This document shows positions 41,634 to 55,777 of a stretch of 64,000 nucleotides of DNA, in pieces (position 1 is the stretch's first letter; each line of letters starts with the position of its first letter). The notes under the pieces were generated by a model. That model ran no database searches, was not told the origin of the DNA, and worked only from the letters and a program-made list of their open reading frames with translations. A program made the position numbers and the translations under genes. The stretch is from the human T2T-CHM13v2.0 reference genome, Homo sapiens, in assembly GCF_009914755.1 (NCBI RefSeq), contig NC_060928.1; one strand, given 5' to 3'.

Positions 41634-42225
41634 GTGAGTGCGCGAGGTGAGACTCCCTTCCCGCGGTCCCGCCCCAGCTTTCTCCCGGGACCCCCCACAG
41701 CTTCCTTGTCTGCCCCTTGCTTGGTGGCGCTGCCTAGGGACCTTTCTCCGCCCTCCTCAGCTGCCCTCTGGATTCCTCCGTCCAGTCACACCCCGCGTGT
41801 CGCCAGCTGCATCTCCTGTAAGCCCAGTTTTCAAATCCAAAGTGAGAGGGGGAAATAGAATGAAGGCGCGGAGCAGTGGAGGGGTAGGCTGGAGGAGCTT
41901 CGTGGAAAAAGGGAAGGGGCGACACCCCATGCCTGTGAGGCCTCCTGCCCTGAGTGACTGGAGCACCTCTAGGGTACCTTATTCTGTTGATTCCTAAATC
42001 GGCCAGCGGAAATTCCTTTGGACTGGGCTTTAGCCATGTTTACTAAGAGGCAGATGCCATTTTATGCCAATGCCAGGACCCGAGAGAAATCATACTTGAA
42101 TAAGACGCCTTCCCCTCTCCTTTTCTCCTTCCCCAGTCGCTTCTCCAGATATTGCACCCGCTCCTAATTCGCGCCCTTTGTGTTACTGTACTATATTTGA
42201 CACTTTACTTGATAGTTCCTTAGTG

Positions 42226-42227
<2 letters not shown>

Positions 42228-42257
<30 letters not shown>
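42228..42257. repeat. A30 mononucleotide run in intron 1
   Basis: Read directly. Confidence 0.95.
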
Positions 42258-42258
<1 letters not shown>

Positions 42259-45200
42259 AGGTGCTTGGGTGTTTCGATTATTAAAACGCATCTGGGTAAA
42301 CAGGGGTTGTACCATCCATCCTGGGAGGAGCTGGGAGACAAGGGGAGGGAGCAACCCTGGATGTAAACACCTCTTGGAATCTGCCCAAGAAAATCTGCTC
42401 ATCCCATTTTTCAGCACAGATCACTTCGGACTGAAATTCATGGCTTAACAAGGTTTCTCCTAGCCCCTGTGGTGAAGGGAATAACTTATGCTAACAGCCT
42501 CCCTCCCTTGTGTTAACAGCTTGAGGGAAAGCTTCCTGGACACTAACTCTGTTTTTATGCTTTGAGGATTCACCAGGCTTTTTTGTTCACTACATTCATG
42601 ATAAGGGGAAATGTAACTGCAAAGCCTATCTTCAGTGAACAGTTGAACAATAGCCAAGAATCTTCAAGAAAATGAGGCCATGCCTCAGTCAATACTGTCA
42701 GAATCACTAGAAAGAAATCTCCCAAAGTTTTGATATGCAAGACTCCTGGAAAAAGGGAAAACTAAGGCATTCATCAAGGAAAGCCCTGCATTGTCTGTGT
42801 AAATATATTCTAGAGCTTACAGGCATGATGACATTTACAATAGATGTGAATTATGCTTCCTAATACAGAAGTCTTTAGCTAGAGACTGAACTGAACCAGA
42901 TTTTACTTTCTTCTTAAAACCATGAGCATGATCTGTGAGGAGAGCGCCACCAGTAAGGAAAAAGAAACCTGCTCTGTGTTATCCACAGTATCCTAGCCAT
43001 TGGAGGAGGCTGTCCTGACAGCTGACTACACCAGTGAATACTCTGTTTACTTTAGTGCAACTCTAGGGGCATAACTCAGTGAGTAACTCATGTGGGAGTT
43101 GCAAGGATTGAAAGGAAGTTGGGTGAGCTAGGCAGGTGGCAAAAATGAAGGTACTCAAATGACTCTTATCTTGATATTTGTTTTCTTGGTTATATTGCTA
43201 GGGAGTAGCTGAGGCCCCTAAGATAAAAAACAATATGTTTGGGATTAACAAGTTTCATTTATAGAATGAACCACATGGTTTGGAGGTAGAATTTGAATTT
43301 GTTTCATTCACGTATTGTATAGCTTTTATTTGTTTTAGGCCAAGTTAACCATGGATAAAGATTTTAACAACTCAGGCACCATATTCTTTTTGGCTTCAAC
43401 TCATTCCTTGCAGTATTCCAGAGTGTGCCTTATCAGCCTCACTGTAGTCTCATAGCATCAAATAATAAACTCTGATATGGAGGCCAGACATTCCCTTGAA
43501 ACGATGAGTTGCAGCTTGATGCATATATACAAGGCTGTGTGCCCTGATAAGAAAAGTAATCCCTTTAGCATCCTAGAGACTGTCTTAATGACATATTCAT
43601 CAAATGTAGACACTGGTTTTTGTGGAAGCTTAAGTGTCATGTTACCTCATTGAGGCTCCTGGTGAGGTGGTTCGTGTTGGGCCCCTTCCAAGAGTGTTTA
43701 GTTACTAACACACTAAAAAGACTATTATAAGGCAGTTCTGGCTCTAATAAGGCAGGACTCTAGGAAGGTGCTAAGGTTTTCATGTGTGTCCCTCTCTCGT
43801 CATCCATATCAGCATTTCCATAACACCCTTTCACCTTGTGACATATGTTCCCTTGTAGGTGAAAGATGCTGTCTAAATTAATATAGTAGATATGTTTTCC
43901 AGTCCAGAGTTTTTAAGTTTTAGAACATATGGGTTTCTCTGTACTGAAGACGTTAGAAATTTTAATGGAAGATCAGGTGGTGTGCTGTGTATGGGGCAGC
44001 TGCTGATCCGGCAGCCTCTGAGTGCTTATTCAGGCTGAGTTATAGCTTTAGAGTCCTATTTGTGCCTTGGTACATACCTGATTAAAATTATTTATTGTTC
44101 TAAACCTAGAATATCTTCGATTGAAATTTAGCTGCTGTGGTCTCCCTCTGATTACTTTCTACTTAAACCATTACTTGATGGTGGGTGGCATTCATCCTAA
44201 ATACACTTTCTGCTAAACCCTTTTCTCCTCCCTGAATGCTATGTAGTTGGTGTGCCAAAACCGTAAGTTTGGAGTGCTTGTAAGTTTTTGGTCATGTGGA
44301 AGGGTTTACATAAAGATAGGTTTTATCTTTCCCTTTGCAAAAGGTAATTCACAAAATCTATTAGTGACAGAGAAGGTCAGCTTCATAAAAATACACCATG
44401 TGAAGGAAGACAGAAGGATATGAAATTAGCATTTATTTTGATTTTGGTTTAAGTTGTCTCTGGCTACTATATGATAAAGAAGAATATTTTACATGAATTT
44501 TTCTTCTGTCTTGATCTTTTAAGATACTTTAGGATCATCACTTTCTCATGACTCCCATAGTCACTTAATCTTCCTTTTCTTAATGACAAATATAATCTCT
44601 TTAGGAAAAACAATTAAAGCACACATGTTGTTAGGAAACTTTCACTATTCATGACATGCACCTACCAAAATAGCACATTTTAGTGAGTACTTATCACCTT
44701 TTAAAAAATCTCACATACTTCATAGATTTAAAAAAATAACTGAGGCAATCCAGCCCCACAAGTGAATATTTTCCTGCAATGAGGAAGAGGAGATTCTTTC
44801 CTCCTATGACCAAAGTACTTTTAAGATAAGTAATTATAATATTGAAATGTTTCTGAAGTATAAGGCTAAAATATAAGGCTTCGGCAAAGATAGTATATAA
44901 CTAAGTGTTGAATGATCATCCCAATAGGAGCCATTCCTTCAAAATATATGGAACCAGTGGGAAAACATCATTTTTGATAGGTTTGATGCTAAGGGACTAG
45001 AAAAACTATTAAAATGTAGTTACCTTGAAGTGCCTGGCACCTAGAAACTAGGCTTGAAATTTAAAAGTACTTGGATAATCTGATGTTTTCATTTAAAGGA
45101 CAATAGTACATCTGGGGAAGAGGAGATGGGTGTGCAGCTGCTTTGAATTACACACTACTCTGAATACATGATAGCCTTTAATGAAGTTTTTACTGTAACA

Positions 45201-47881
45201 AGCAAGACAGCTTCATAATCTCTGACATTTAAAACATCATAATGTCATGAATTCTTCATTATTCATGCTAATGCAAAGGAGAAAGGGAATGAATTACATA
45301 TAAAAAAATTTAAGTTTAACTTTGTTGTTTAGCTAGAAACACTTGAAGAGACCAAGTGTTTCATTGACCATGGGGGTCAATGAAAAAAAAATCTCCTAAG
45401 CAAATAATTCACTCAAGGAATATTTGTACACTAGAAATAGATAAATAATTCAGAATGAATTAGAAGGTTACATACATTTTACCTAAGTAGTGGAAGCTCG
45501 TAAGCATTTGATTGAATGAGTTCAGATTTTTCTAAAAATTAAATAGGGACATGAATATCAAATCTGCTTTTAAGCATTTTTGCATCATATAATTTTATAT
45601 TTGGAAGAAGCATTCAAGAAAACAAGTCCTTCCTTTAATGGAAGCAGAAGCAAGTACTATGATGTATTTGCCAGATAATTTTTCAAACATACTGAGCTCA
45701 TCTCAAAACCTATTATTTTTAATAGCCAAATCTAATTTTGTAGGAGAACATGTCACAAAAACAGGTCTTTGCAAGATGTTAACAGGTATTATATAAAATT
45801 GGGCCCCATGGTCAAACTTGGAAAACGTGATCAATTTTCTTTGCTGTGGGACCTTTCAAGACCTTTAAATGCTAATGAGTCCCCATAAAAGGCGAATACT
45901 TTCTCCTGGAGAAAGCATTTTACAGAAATGTCCTTCTAAGATGTCTAGTTGGGAAAACAGTGGTTCAACGGAACACTGTCTCATTTTTCATTTCCCATGC
46001 AGTACCTATCTCAGTATGTTTACTTATATTATTACATTTTGGACTTGGGTTCAATTGGCATTGTACCGTCTTCCTGCTTTTATGTCATAAACGTCTCTGA
46101 ATGTAATTTTAGATATCTTCTGTCATTAAATTTTATTTTTTCCTATATCTTTATGAGTTCTCCTTCATTATTTTCATCTATAAGATTAATATTCATTGTT
46201 TCACACAGGTATTATGCTTTAAAAAGAAAAGCTAGTTTATTTGTGGAAAAATTCACTAATGATCATATATATCACTTTATTAATGTTTTATCACCATTAC
46301 TACCTTGATGAAAGACACATTTACTTAAGATGTCAATCAAATTCCTTATATTATAAATCCCCAGTGTTTGTTATATTTAATAGGCATAATAAAAATATCA
46401 CACCTATCAAAAAACCTTATGAAAATGCTTGAGCAACTTGTTATATATTTTCTTTTGGCTAGTCAGGATTTTTGTGCTTCAGTAACAGAACATCTCTCCC
46501 CAAATTTTGATGATTCTCCCATATGCTAAATTTGTATATACTAATAATCAGTTAGTGTCTTAATGTCTTTATTTTGGGGGTAGTAGTGGAAAGACATTTG
46601 GCATCACAAATAACCTTAAGTCGGACTTTTCTATGCCATGTTTCAGTTGAGTAAATTTTTATGATTATGTTATGAATCCATGAAAATAGAATTTGTAATA
46701 GAAATATTGACTTTATATTAATCAAGTAATACAAGTATACCTGGATCATATCTACTTTTGACAGTAGTGAAAGATGAAATGTAACCCAAAAAGCTTTCAT
46801 ATATGGAATATATGTAACAGCCAATAAAATTACTAGTTTATCTACATGTTAGCAGTGGTTGTGTCTTAGCATGATGGCATATACAGCAGTACTCCTGGAT
46901 AACACACATTTTAAGGGATGATACTTTAAAGGCATGAATTCCTCTTTGTTTATCTAAAACATCAGCATGTAGATCATAGAATCAAATGACCACGGTGGTT
47001 TTATTGACTCTTTCAATGATCTATATTTCTTTAAAAGCCATCTTTTCATGGCTATAGAACCATGGTAAATGCAGTACCTTGATTGTATTTGGGCATACCA
47101 TGAATATGTGTGTGTGCAAAATGATCTCACTTTATTACTAGCTTCAGTTAGTTCTTTTTACTTTACTAAGGTACTGTTAAATATCTCTTTTATAAAATAA
47201 TTACATTCAATAAATTTAAAAATATAAGGTTGTTTGTTCAGCCCCCTCATTTTACAGTTAAACCAACTGTCCAACATACTATTATTTGCTTTTCCTTCAA
47301 AAACCTTTCTCTTTAGTTGCATGAAATTAATTTAAAGATGAATTAAGGGTAATTGCTGTACTTGGTGTTAAGTGAAATGGTTTTCAAGTAGAGAAAAGAT
47401 TATTAGTGTTTTGTTTTTTCTATTACCTAAAGCTAAGTGTTAGGTGATCTAACTTCCATGGTTGGCTGAACCGCTAAGAAGTAAAGTCATCTAATATTGC
47501 TATTCTCAGTTTCTTCATCTATCAAATGGGTTAAGTTATACCTCCTGTGCCTGTCTCACAGAAAGATGGTGAAACTCAATTGACAAAGTGAATGCAAAGA
47601 TGCTTTAAAAGTTTTGAAGTCCTATATAAATTAGGTATTCTAACATTCTTAATATTTTGAGATTATTTCCCTCTGGCTTTCCACAAAGCATTAAACATAT
47701 CTCAAATGTTGATAATATGTACTTGTCTGTAGCACAGATGATGATGTAAAAATAGTTAGTAATCATCTGTGCAATCTATGATATCCCAAACCTATATTCA
47801 ACAAATGTACTATTTTCTGTCCTGACCATGGTGGCTGAGGGGTGTAGGGTTATGCTTTTTTAGAGAGATTTCTTGAAGTTA

Positions 47882-48055
47882 ATTGTTCTCAAAGTATAGT
47901 TCGTGGACTAGCTGCATCAGTATTACTTAGAACCTTGTTAGAAATTCTCTAGCCCATACTAGACCCGCGGAATCAAACTCTGGTGACGGAGCTCAGAAAT
48001 ATGTGTTTTAAAAAGCCATCTACAAGATTCTGATCCATATTTGAGAAACACTGCT
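47882..48055. mobile_element. MER5A hAT relic
   Basis: gttctcaaagtatagttcgtggactagctgcatcag...tttgagaaacactg. Confidence 0.75.
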
Positions 48056-51000
48056 CTAAGCTTCTGTCCCTAGAGTTTTGAGTATTTTATATCAAAACCA
48101 GCCTCTTAAAATCTAGAATTGATTATCATGTTATTCCTGATCTCATCTGGCCCTTTTAGTGGGCCTATCCATAAACAAATGGTTTATTGACTTATATAAT
48201 GGTAAGCTTTTTAAAATATATACCTTAGAAGGTATATTACTGCCTTTATGATGGTTTTGCCATAAAGAAGTCTTCAAAATAAGTTAATCAAGACTGCTTA
48301 CCCTTCACTCATAGCTGCAGAGAGTTTATGATATAATAAATTTGCTAGAAGAAAAATATGGTATGAGCAGGGGCCTACAAAGCAAGTCCCTGGAGGACAT
48401 GGAGTCTATCTCAATTCATCTTTGTGTTCTGAGGACCTAGCACAGTTTGCCATGTAGTTGACACTCACTAAATACTTCAGTTGAGTTGAGTTACATATTC
48501 AGGAGAAAAGATGAGATAGTTCAAAAGCTATCAGCCAGGCAAATATCCTTTAAAAATAAACTTGCCTTGAAGGAATTTCTTATGGGGCATTTTACCATTT
48601 ATATATTAAATGGCAATACTATTCTACTTCATATACAATGATTATAATAATTCTTTTCTAATGAACTGAAAGGAAATATCATATGGTATTTATACCCAAG
48701 AAGGGCTCTTGCTGATTTTGGGAACTTGAAATTACTTGAAAGTTTTTATGCTTTGGTGTTAAGTAGGAAACACTTTTAAATCTGTTAAGTTTAGAGAGTT
48801 GTTCATTCAACACACCTAACAAATACCTTTTGGGACTTAAGTGCTCCGGGCTGTGTGAAGTACTAGGAATTCAAAGATCTATAGAACATAGGTCTGCCCT
48901 CTCAGCACTCACAGTCTAGGAATGCCTTTGGGCAGAGGCTAAGAGTAGATAAACTGATTAATGAACATTTTACTATTCTAGAAAAACATACATCATATCA
49001 TCTTTGGCTGTTTTTACTTTGGACATAGAGAATGGTTGTTTTGAGGTCCCATAAAGCACAGTCATTTGACTGGGACTATGCAGGAGAAACACAATTCTAT
49101 GACTTTGTGTTCTTTGTAGAATTCTTCCTTTTGCCTGTGCCTGAAAGTTAAAGGCAGCACAGGGATGCTGCAATCTTGACTAAGTAATCTGCAGCAAATA
49201 TTCAGCCAGTGACTGAGGGTGGATGTGTCCCTGTCCTAGGCACCCCTGGCATTTCTAGCAGCTGTATTTTGTTTGAAGAAAGAAGTTGGGGCAGCGGGAG
49301 GTGGTTGTTCTTTGTCACATATTTTCTGTATGACTAAAATGTTTTCTCTGCTTCCTGGGGATTTAGCTAATCATCAAGATTTCATTTAGTCTATTTGTTT
49401 TAAAATCAGACTTTACATAGAAAGCTTCCCATTGTATGTTCTAATTCCCCTTGCAAACGTTCTGTGTGGGCCAGCACAAAGGTGAACTTCCCCTTACCAC
49501 TCCCTGGACACAGCCTCAGCTACTCCTGGAGAGGCACTGAAGTGTTGCAATAGCATGGCTGGCCTTAAGTCCCGAAGTCAGAACCCGACTTCCTGAAATG
49601 AGTCCTTGGTTTCATCAGGTGCAAGTGCTTTGTTTTTAGATAAAAACAGAAATAAATCTTCTACCTTTATATAATAATCAAACTCCTTTTAAAACGCCTA
49701 TCTGACTTTCTCTCCAAAGTCAATTGCTAGCTAGCTTGCTAACTCCTAGGGTCCTTCATGTTTGCATTTCTCTAATGAGTAGGTTGAACTAAATTTGCTC
49801 ATGCATATAAAAAAAGCTTTAGGGTCAAGCCCTGTGTTGGAGGCTGAAGAGTCTGATATAATTTAGAGCCTTGTCTTTAAGGAACTTATGGCCTTAAGAA
49901 GGAGCAAAGGTGTAATGAAAATGGTAATAGAGGCAGGATCCTAGCCAAGGAAATGGGTTGTCATGACAAGCTTGCATCCAGGAATGGTATCTCTGCCTTG
50001 CCTTAAAAAACAAATCTGGATTATCAAGGAGAAAAATCGTGGGTAGAGACATTGCAGAGAGAAGCAGCAACAGGTGCAAAGTCCCAACAAGTGTGTAAAA
50101 GAGAGTATAGCTTGTTCAGAAACTCACCTGACTTCCAACCTCCTTTTCAATTCTCAGGTGTTAAAACTCTAGAAAATTCAAAATATAAGATTATAATGCT
50201 AATGGTAAACCCTAACTAGGCTGCAATAAATACATTCCCATGTGCCAGTGCCAGCAAACAGTAAGAAAATAGCACCACCTATTGGTAGTCACATTTTGGC
50301 ATCAAAATATTTCTTTGGGGAAAGCTAGAAAACAAAGCCGGTTATAGTTACTTGCAAGGGATGAGACGTTCTCTCGTTCACTTTCACACTCTACTCTACC
50401 ATAAAAACATCCTCCTGTAATAGTCTTGACTTACCTCCAGTTGCCCCAGTCCCACAGATGGATCTCACTAAGTAAAACAGTTTGAAAGTCATGACTTATA
50501 TTGGCTTGGATTTGGCCTCCATTTAACTATCACCGTTAGACTGCATTCTCATCTTTGACACTGGAAAGAAAAACCCTGCTCTCTCCACAGTCCCTTAAAT
50601 ATTGGAAAATAATTCTCATATCATTGCTAAACTTTTTTTTCTCCCTCCAGGCAATGTTTTCTTATTTATTCAACTCAAATCTATGAGATAGTTTCCAGAC
50701 CCCTCAACATCTGGGTTACTTTCCAAGTTGCTCTCTTCTGCATTAATAAACTGGTTACAATGAGAGCACCCAAAATGAGGCATGCAATTCCAGATATATT
50801 TAGATGATCAGTGTAGCATACAATTAATATTTTCTAGTACCGAATACTATCCACAGCCTAAAAACGCATAAGTATTTTTTGTAACCTGAAAAAATCCACC
50901 CTTTTTTTTATCATTATTATATCGGTTTGCTCTTATTAATCAGGAAGTACACTTCAGGTTTTTGATTCAATCATTCCCAATAGATAAGTATCTGAATATT

Positions 51001-52032
51001 TCAGAAGACTAGAAAAGGTGAATATTAAGGTATTTTTTATTTACTGATATTCAAACGTAGATATTTGTGTGCATAGATAAAGCTGTGCTACAACTCATGG
51101 GGAAGAGAGAGACAATGCAAATCTTCTGTTCATAAGTATGGAAAGTTACTCACCTTACAAGTTAATATAAAATCTAAAAAGTAAAAGAGCATGAAAGTAA
51201 TTGAGTAGATATTATCATGCACTGCTATTTGCAGGAAGCCGTTTACCTCACTCTTATTTACTTCTCTATATACATTCACTTGACCCCATGCTGCTCGCTT
51301 ATTACAATTTTTTTCATCCATTGTAAATGCTCAGCAACTATTTGTTAAGTTGCTTTGGAGAGAAGATCATTAACTTACACAAAAATAAAATGTTTTAGAA
51401 TCAGAGAAGGCAAAAATAAAGTATGGGTTAGAAAAGTCAAAGTCAATGAATGCTTTGTGAAATGGCTGATAATTCTAGCTTATTGTTTTGCTTCTTGGTT
51501 TTTTTTAAACCCAGGAGGGAGAGGACCTAGAACAGGCAGAGATCCCTAGCCTAGGTGGAAATAACAAGAGCAAACACATCAAGTGTTGGGCATAACATAA
51601 TGCCTTTGGTTAGCCTTCAGACTGGCCATTCCTTGCTCAACTTGGATGACTTAGACATTCACTAGAACTTCAATTCTATAGAACTACTAGAACTTCAATA
51701 ACTAAGTTAATTGTAAGTATTTTTATATTTTCTATTTAAAACATTGGCAACATTTCTTTTGCAAAAGCTTCCAGACATACAGCATTGCATACTGCTAGAA
51801 TGTGTTCCTTCCATCCCCTCACCAAGATTTCCTTCTTCCTTCATCTTTAAAAGTCTGGTCCAAAGATTACTTCCTACCTGTGTGTTTCTTTGCCTCTACC
51901 TGGGTAAAGTTAATGGCTCCCAATTCTGCTCCAAGCATAGCTAACACCTTCGGCAGCTTGTATTATCATCATGGCATAGTCTTTTTTTTTTCCTTTCCAT
52001 TTTGACTACAAAACTAGTGATTATTCTAGACC

Positions 52033-52336
52033 ACAGCCATCCAATAGAGATATAAGGGGAGCCACAAATGTTAGTCACATATGTAATTTAAAAATTTTAG
52101 TAGCCACATTTCAAAGTGTGAAAAGCAACAAGTGAGATTAATTTTAATAATATATTTAATGCAATATAGTTCAATAAAGTCACTTTAACACACACTGGCT
52201 TAATATAAAATGTATTGCTACGATATCTTATATTCATTTTCTTACCAAGTCTTCAAAATTCAGTATGTATTTTATACTTACAGCACATCTCAATTTGAAC
52301 GTAAGTGGCTACATACTATCATACTGGAAACCACAG
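52033..52336. mobile_element. MER33/MER3-like hAT-Charlie relic
   Basis: tccaataga..agtcacatatgtaatttaaaaattttagtagccacatt..tacttacagcacatctcaattt; flanked by ttctag on both sides. Confidence 0.75.
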
Positions 52337-53580
52337 TTCTAGTTAGCTAACATTTATTGAATACTTTCTGTGTGTTTTATGTGCCTTCTCTCAATTAATC
52401 CTCGCAACAACTCTATAGTTGCTACTACTAGACCCACTTTATAGATAAGCACACCAAAACTTAAAGAGCTTAGGTTATTTGTCTGAGGGCTGCTATTGGT
52501 TGTAGTGAAATTGCAACTGGACCAACGGGCTTTGACTTCATAAGAAAGCACTGGTTTAAAATGAGAGCCATTGGAAGAGGCAGTAAGACAGATTCTGAGA
52601 CTTTTACAAAACGATGTTGTAGATTAGACACAGAGGTAGAGGCTAATTAACAGCAGGTCACAAGGTGACTAGAAGGAAACATGTTTGAAAGAAGAAAATA
52701 TTTTGAAGCAAAATGTGGGGCAAAGGGCAGGATTGGTTTACCCATTAAGTTACTGCCACTCATATCCCTTGGAGATCATTTATTCCCTGCCAGCATGTTT
52801 GTTTGGCAACCATTGGATTGCCACATACCTAGAACAGAGTGTCTTCTCTTCCTTCCACTTTAAACTTCTAGCTACTACACGAAATTTGGGTAAAAGTATA
52901 TGCTCCGGTGACTGGTATGAATTAAGGCTCAAGTCTCTGAACAGTCCTGATGCCATGGCTTTGTTATAAAGGTCTGTAAAATATTATCCTGGTGTCATGG
53001 ATTATACAAATGTGCACCAATGGCAGTTTCCTCCTTTTCCTTCACACAGTGTTAAAAATGAATAGAATATGTTTCCCATTGCACTTCCCTTGTGCTTGGG
53101 GACTCAATGAACTCATTTTAAGTTTCCACATCTTTATAAAAATGTTTTGTTTTTACTGAAACATGTTTTTGATCAAGAACATAATTTCACGATTGCGTGT
53201 GTGTTTCTGAAACAAATATGTATATGAAACAAGTGCATGGAGAAGGGCTTAGGCTCTGGTGACTGATCCCAGGATGGGAGATTCCAGAGTTCTAACCTCA
53301 GTCCTGTGGATCTCGGTTTATGAGCTAAAGGAGAGGAATCAAATTCTGCACCTATTAATAAATCTCTCATTCTCTTCTTCTCTCTCATTTCTGGATTTGA
53401 AGAATTGGAAGTATGGGTGAACAATTTTAATCATTTTTGTTGCACTATATAGAAAGTTAACTCTTAAATTTATGGAATGTCATAAACTTCAAACAAGCTC
53501 CACAACAGCATTCTTTTTTTTTCTTTTTTGACATTTTTGCAGTATGCCTTATTTTTTCAGATGTATTATTTGAATATTGA

Positions 53581-53928
<348 letters not shown>

Positions 53929-54494
53929 TCATCCTACATTTTTTGAAGTAGGTAGAAGAAGATGTAATCCCTGTAAGACTGTTAATACCAGAACTAATAA
54001 CAATAATAATTGATATTTAAGAAACACTTCACAGACACTTTATGGACTGCTTTATACATGTCTCATTTAATTCTGATGACATGGGAGGTAGATATTGTCT
54101 CATTTTGTGAATGAGAATATTAGCTTGTATAATGTTGTGAAGTTGGTAAGTGGCTGAGCGAGTACTCGAATCAAGGTGAGTGTAATTCCAAACCCTGTGT
54201 TTGTAGCCCGTAGGCTATACGTGCCTCAGATAAAAAGCTATTACAATACATTGCCAAATTTGTAGGAATAAGTCTTGACAATCCTCCATAACTCTGAGCT
54301 TTCACCCCTTTAAGTTTATTTCTCCGTTAAAATTTTCACACATTTATGGTGCTTCAGTAAAGGAAAGAGCAAAGTAATTAAAATGGCTGATCCTTGCTAA
54401 CCTTTTTTTGTCTTTTAAAATTATTCCTGTTTATTACTCTCTTTTTATTCCACTTCCAGGAAGCCTCCAAAGCAAGAGACTGCATAATTGTTTT

Positions 54495-55715
54495 GCTTTG
54501 TTTTAATTGAGGTGAAATTCACATAGTATAAATTTAACTAATTTTAAGTAAACAATATAATGACAGTTAATACCCTCACAATGTTGTGCTATCACCAAGT
54601 CTATATAGTTCCAAAATATTTCCACAATTTTAAAACAAAACCCTGTAACCATTAAGGAGTTTCTTTTCATTAGCCCCTCCCTTTGGCTTCTGGCAAACAC
54701 CGATCTGATTCTGTCTCTATGGATTTTACTATTCTGGATATTCCATATAAATGGAATCAAACAATATGTGATCTTCCATGTCTTGCTTTCATTTAGCATA
54801 GTTTTTTCAAGGTTCATCCACATTGTAGCATGTGTCAGTACTTCATTCTTTTTCATGGAAGAATAATATTTGATTGTATGGGTATACCACAATTTCTTTA
54901 TCCATTCATCCATTGGTAGTCATTTGAGCTGTTCTAACTTTTGGCTATTGTGACTAGTGCTGCTATAACCATGTAATTATCTGAGTGCCTGTTTCAATTC
55001 TTTGGCGTGTATACATAGGAGAGCAATTGCGGAATCATAATAATTCTATGTTTAACTTTTTGAGGAACTGCCAAAGAGTATTCCACAGCAGGTGAACCAT
55101 TTTGCATTCCCACCAGCAATTTGAGAGTGTTCCAATTTCTCCACCTTCTCAGTAACCTTCTGGGTTTTTTCGTTTATTTGTTATAGTCATCCTAGTGTGT
55201 ATCAAGTAGTACTTCACTGTGATTTTGATTGTGTTTCCCTGATGGCTAATGATGTTGAGCATCTTGTCATGTGCTTCTTGGCCATTTATATATCTTCTTT
55301 GAAGAAATGTCTATTCAAGGCATTTTCCCATTTTTATTTGGTTTCTTGGTCTGTTTATTGCTGAGTTGTAACTGTTATTTATATGTTCTGGATACTAGAT
55401 TTATCAAATGTATGATTTGCAATTATTTTATCTTATTATGGAAGTTGTCTTTTCACTTTCTTGACAATGTCTTTTGATATACAAAAGTTTTTAATTTTAA
55501 TGAAGTCCAGTTTATTTTATAAATTTACCGATTTTATTGATGTATCTACTTTTTCTTTTATTGCTTACACTTATGGTGTCATATCTAAGAATGGCTTCAT
55601 ATCTAAGAAGTCATTGCCAAATTCAAAGTCATGAAGATTTACCCCTAGGTTTCTTTCCAAAAATTTCATGGATTTAGTTCTTATATATAGGTTTCTGATT
55701 CATTTTGAGTTAATT
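54495..55715 (-). mobile_element. L1MB-like 3' fragment ending ~60 nt before the exon 2 acceptor
   Basis: ORF 54503-54913 gives MDEWIKKLWYTHTIKYYSSMKKNE (ORF2 C-terminus-like) running into an L1MB-type 3' UTR. Confidence 0.85.
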
Positions 55716-55777
55716 GTCATATAGTGAAGTAATGGTCTTGTTTTCTCCTGTTTACTCTCTTTCTTTTTCCTTCCTAG

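Larger units (their letters stand above)
40660..41820 (+). promoter_or_regulatory. BMP3: CpG island: BMP3 promoter, 5' UTR and exon 1
   Basis: Abrupt rise in GC and CpG density against an AT-rich, CpG-depleted background. Reverse CCAAT box (gATTGGct, 40694-40698) and GC-box-like GGGGCGAGG near 40668; no clear TATA. The exact TSS cannot be read from sequence. Confidence 0.92.

Noticed and set aside
40719-41997. Many overlapping ORFs on both strands in the CpG island
   Set aside because: Expected from stop-codon scarcity in GC-rich DNA; only the BMP3 frame has a Kozak start, signal peptide and splice support.
55714-55777. TTG-initiated 339-aa ORF as a stand-alone gene
   Set aside because: It is BMP3 exon 2 plus intronic run-in and run-out; the splice sites define the true boundaries.
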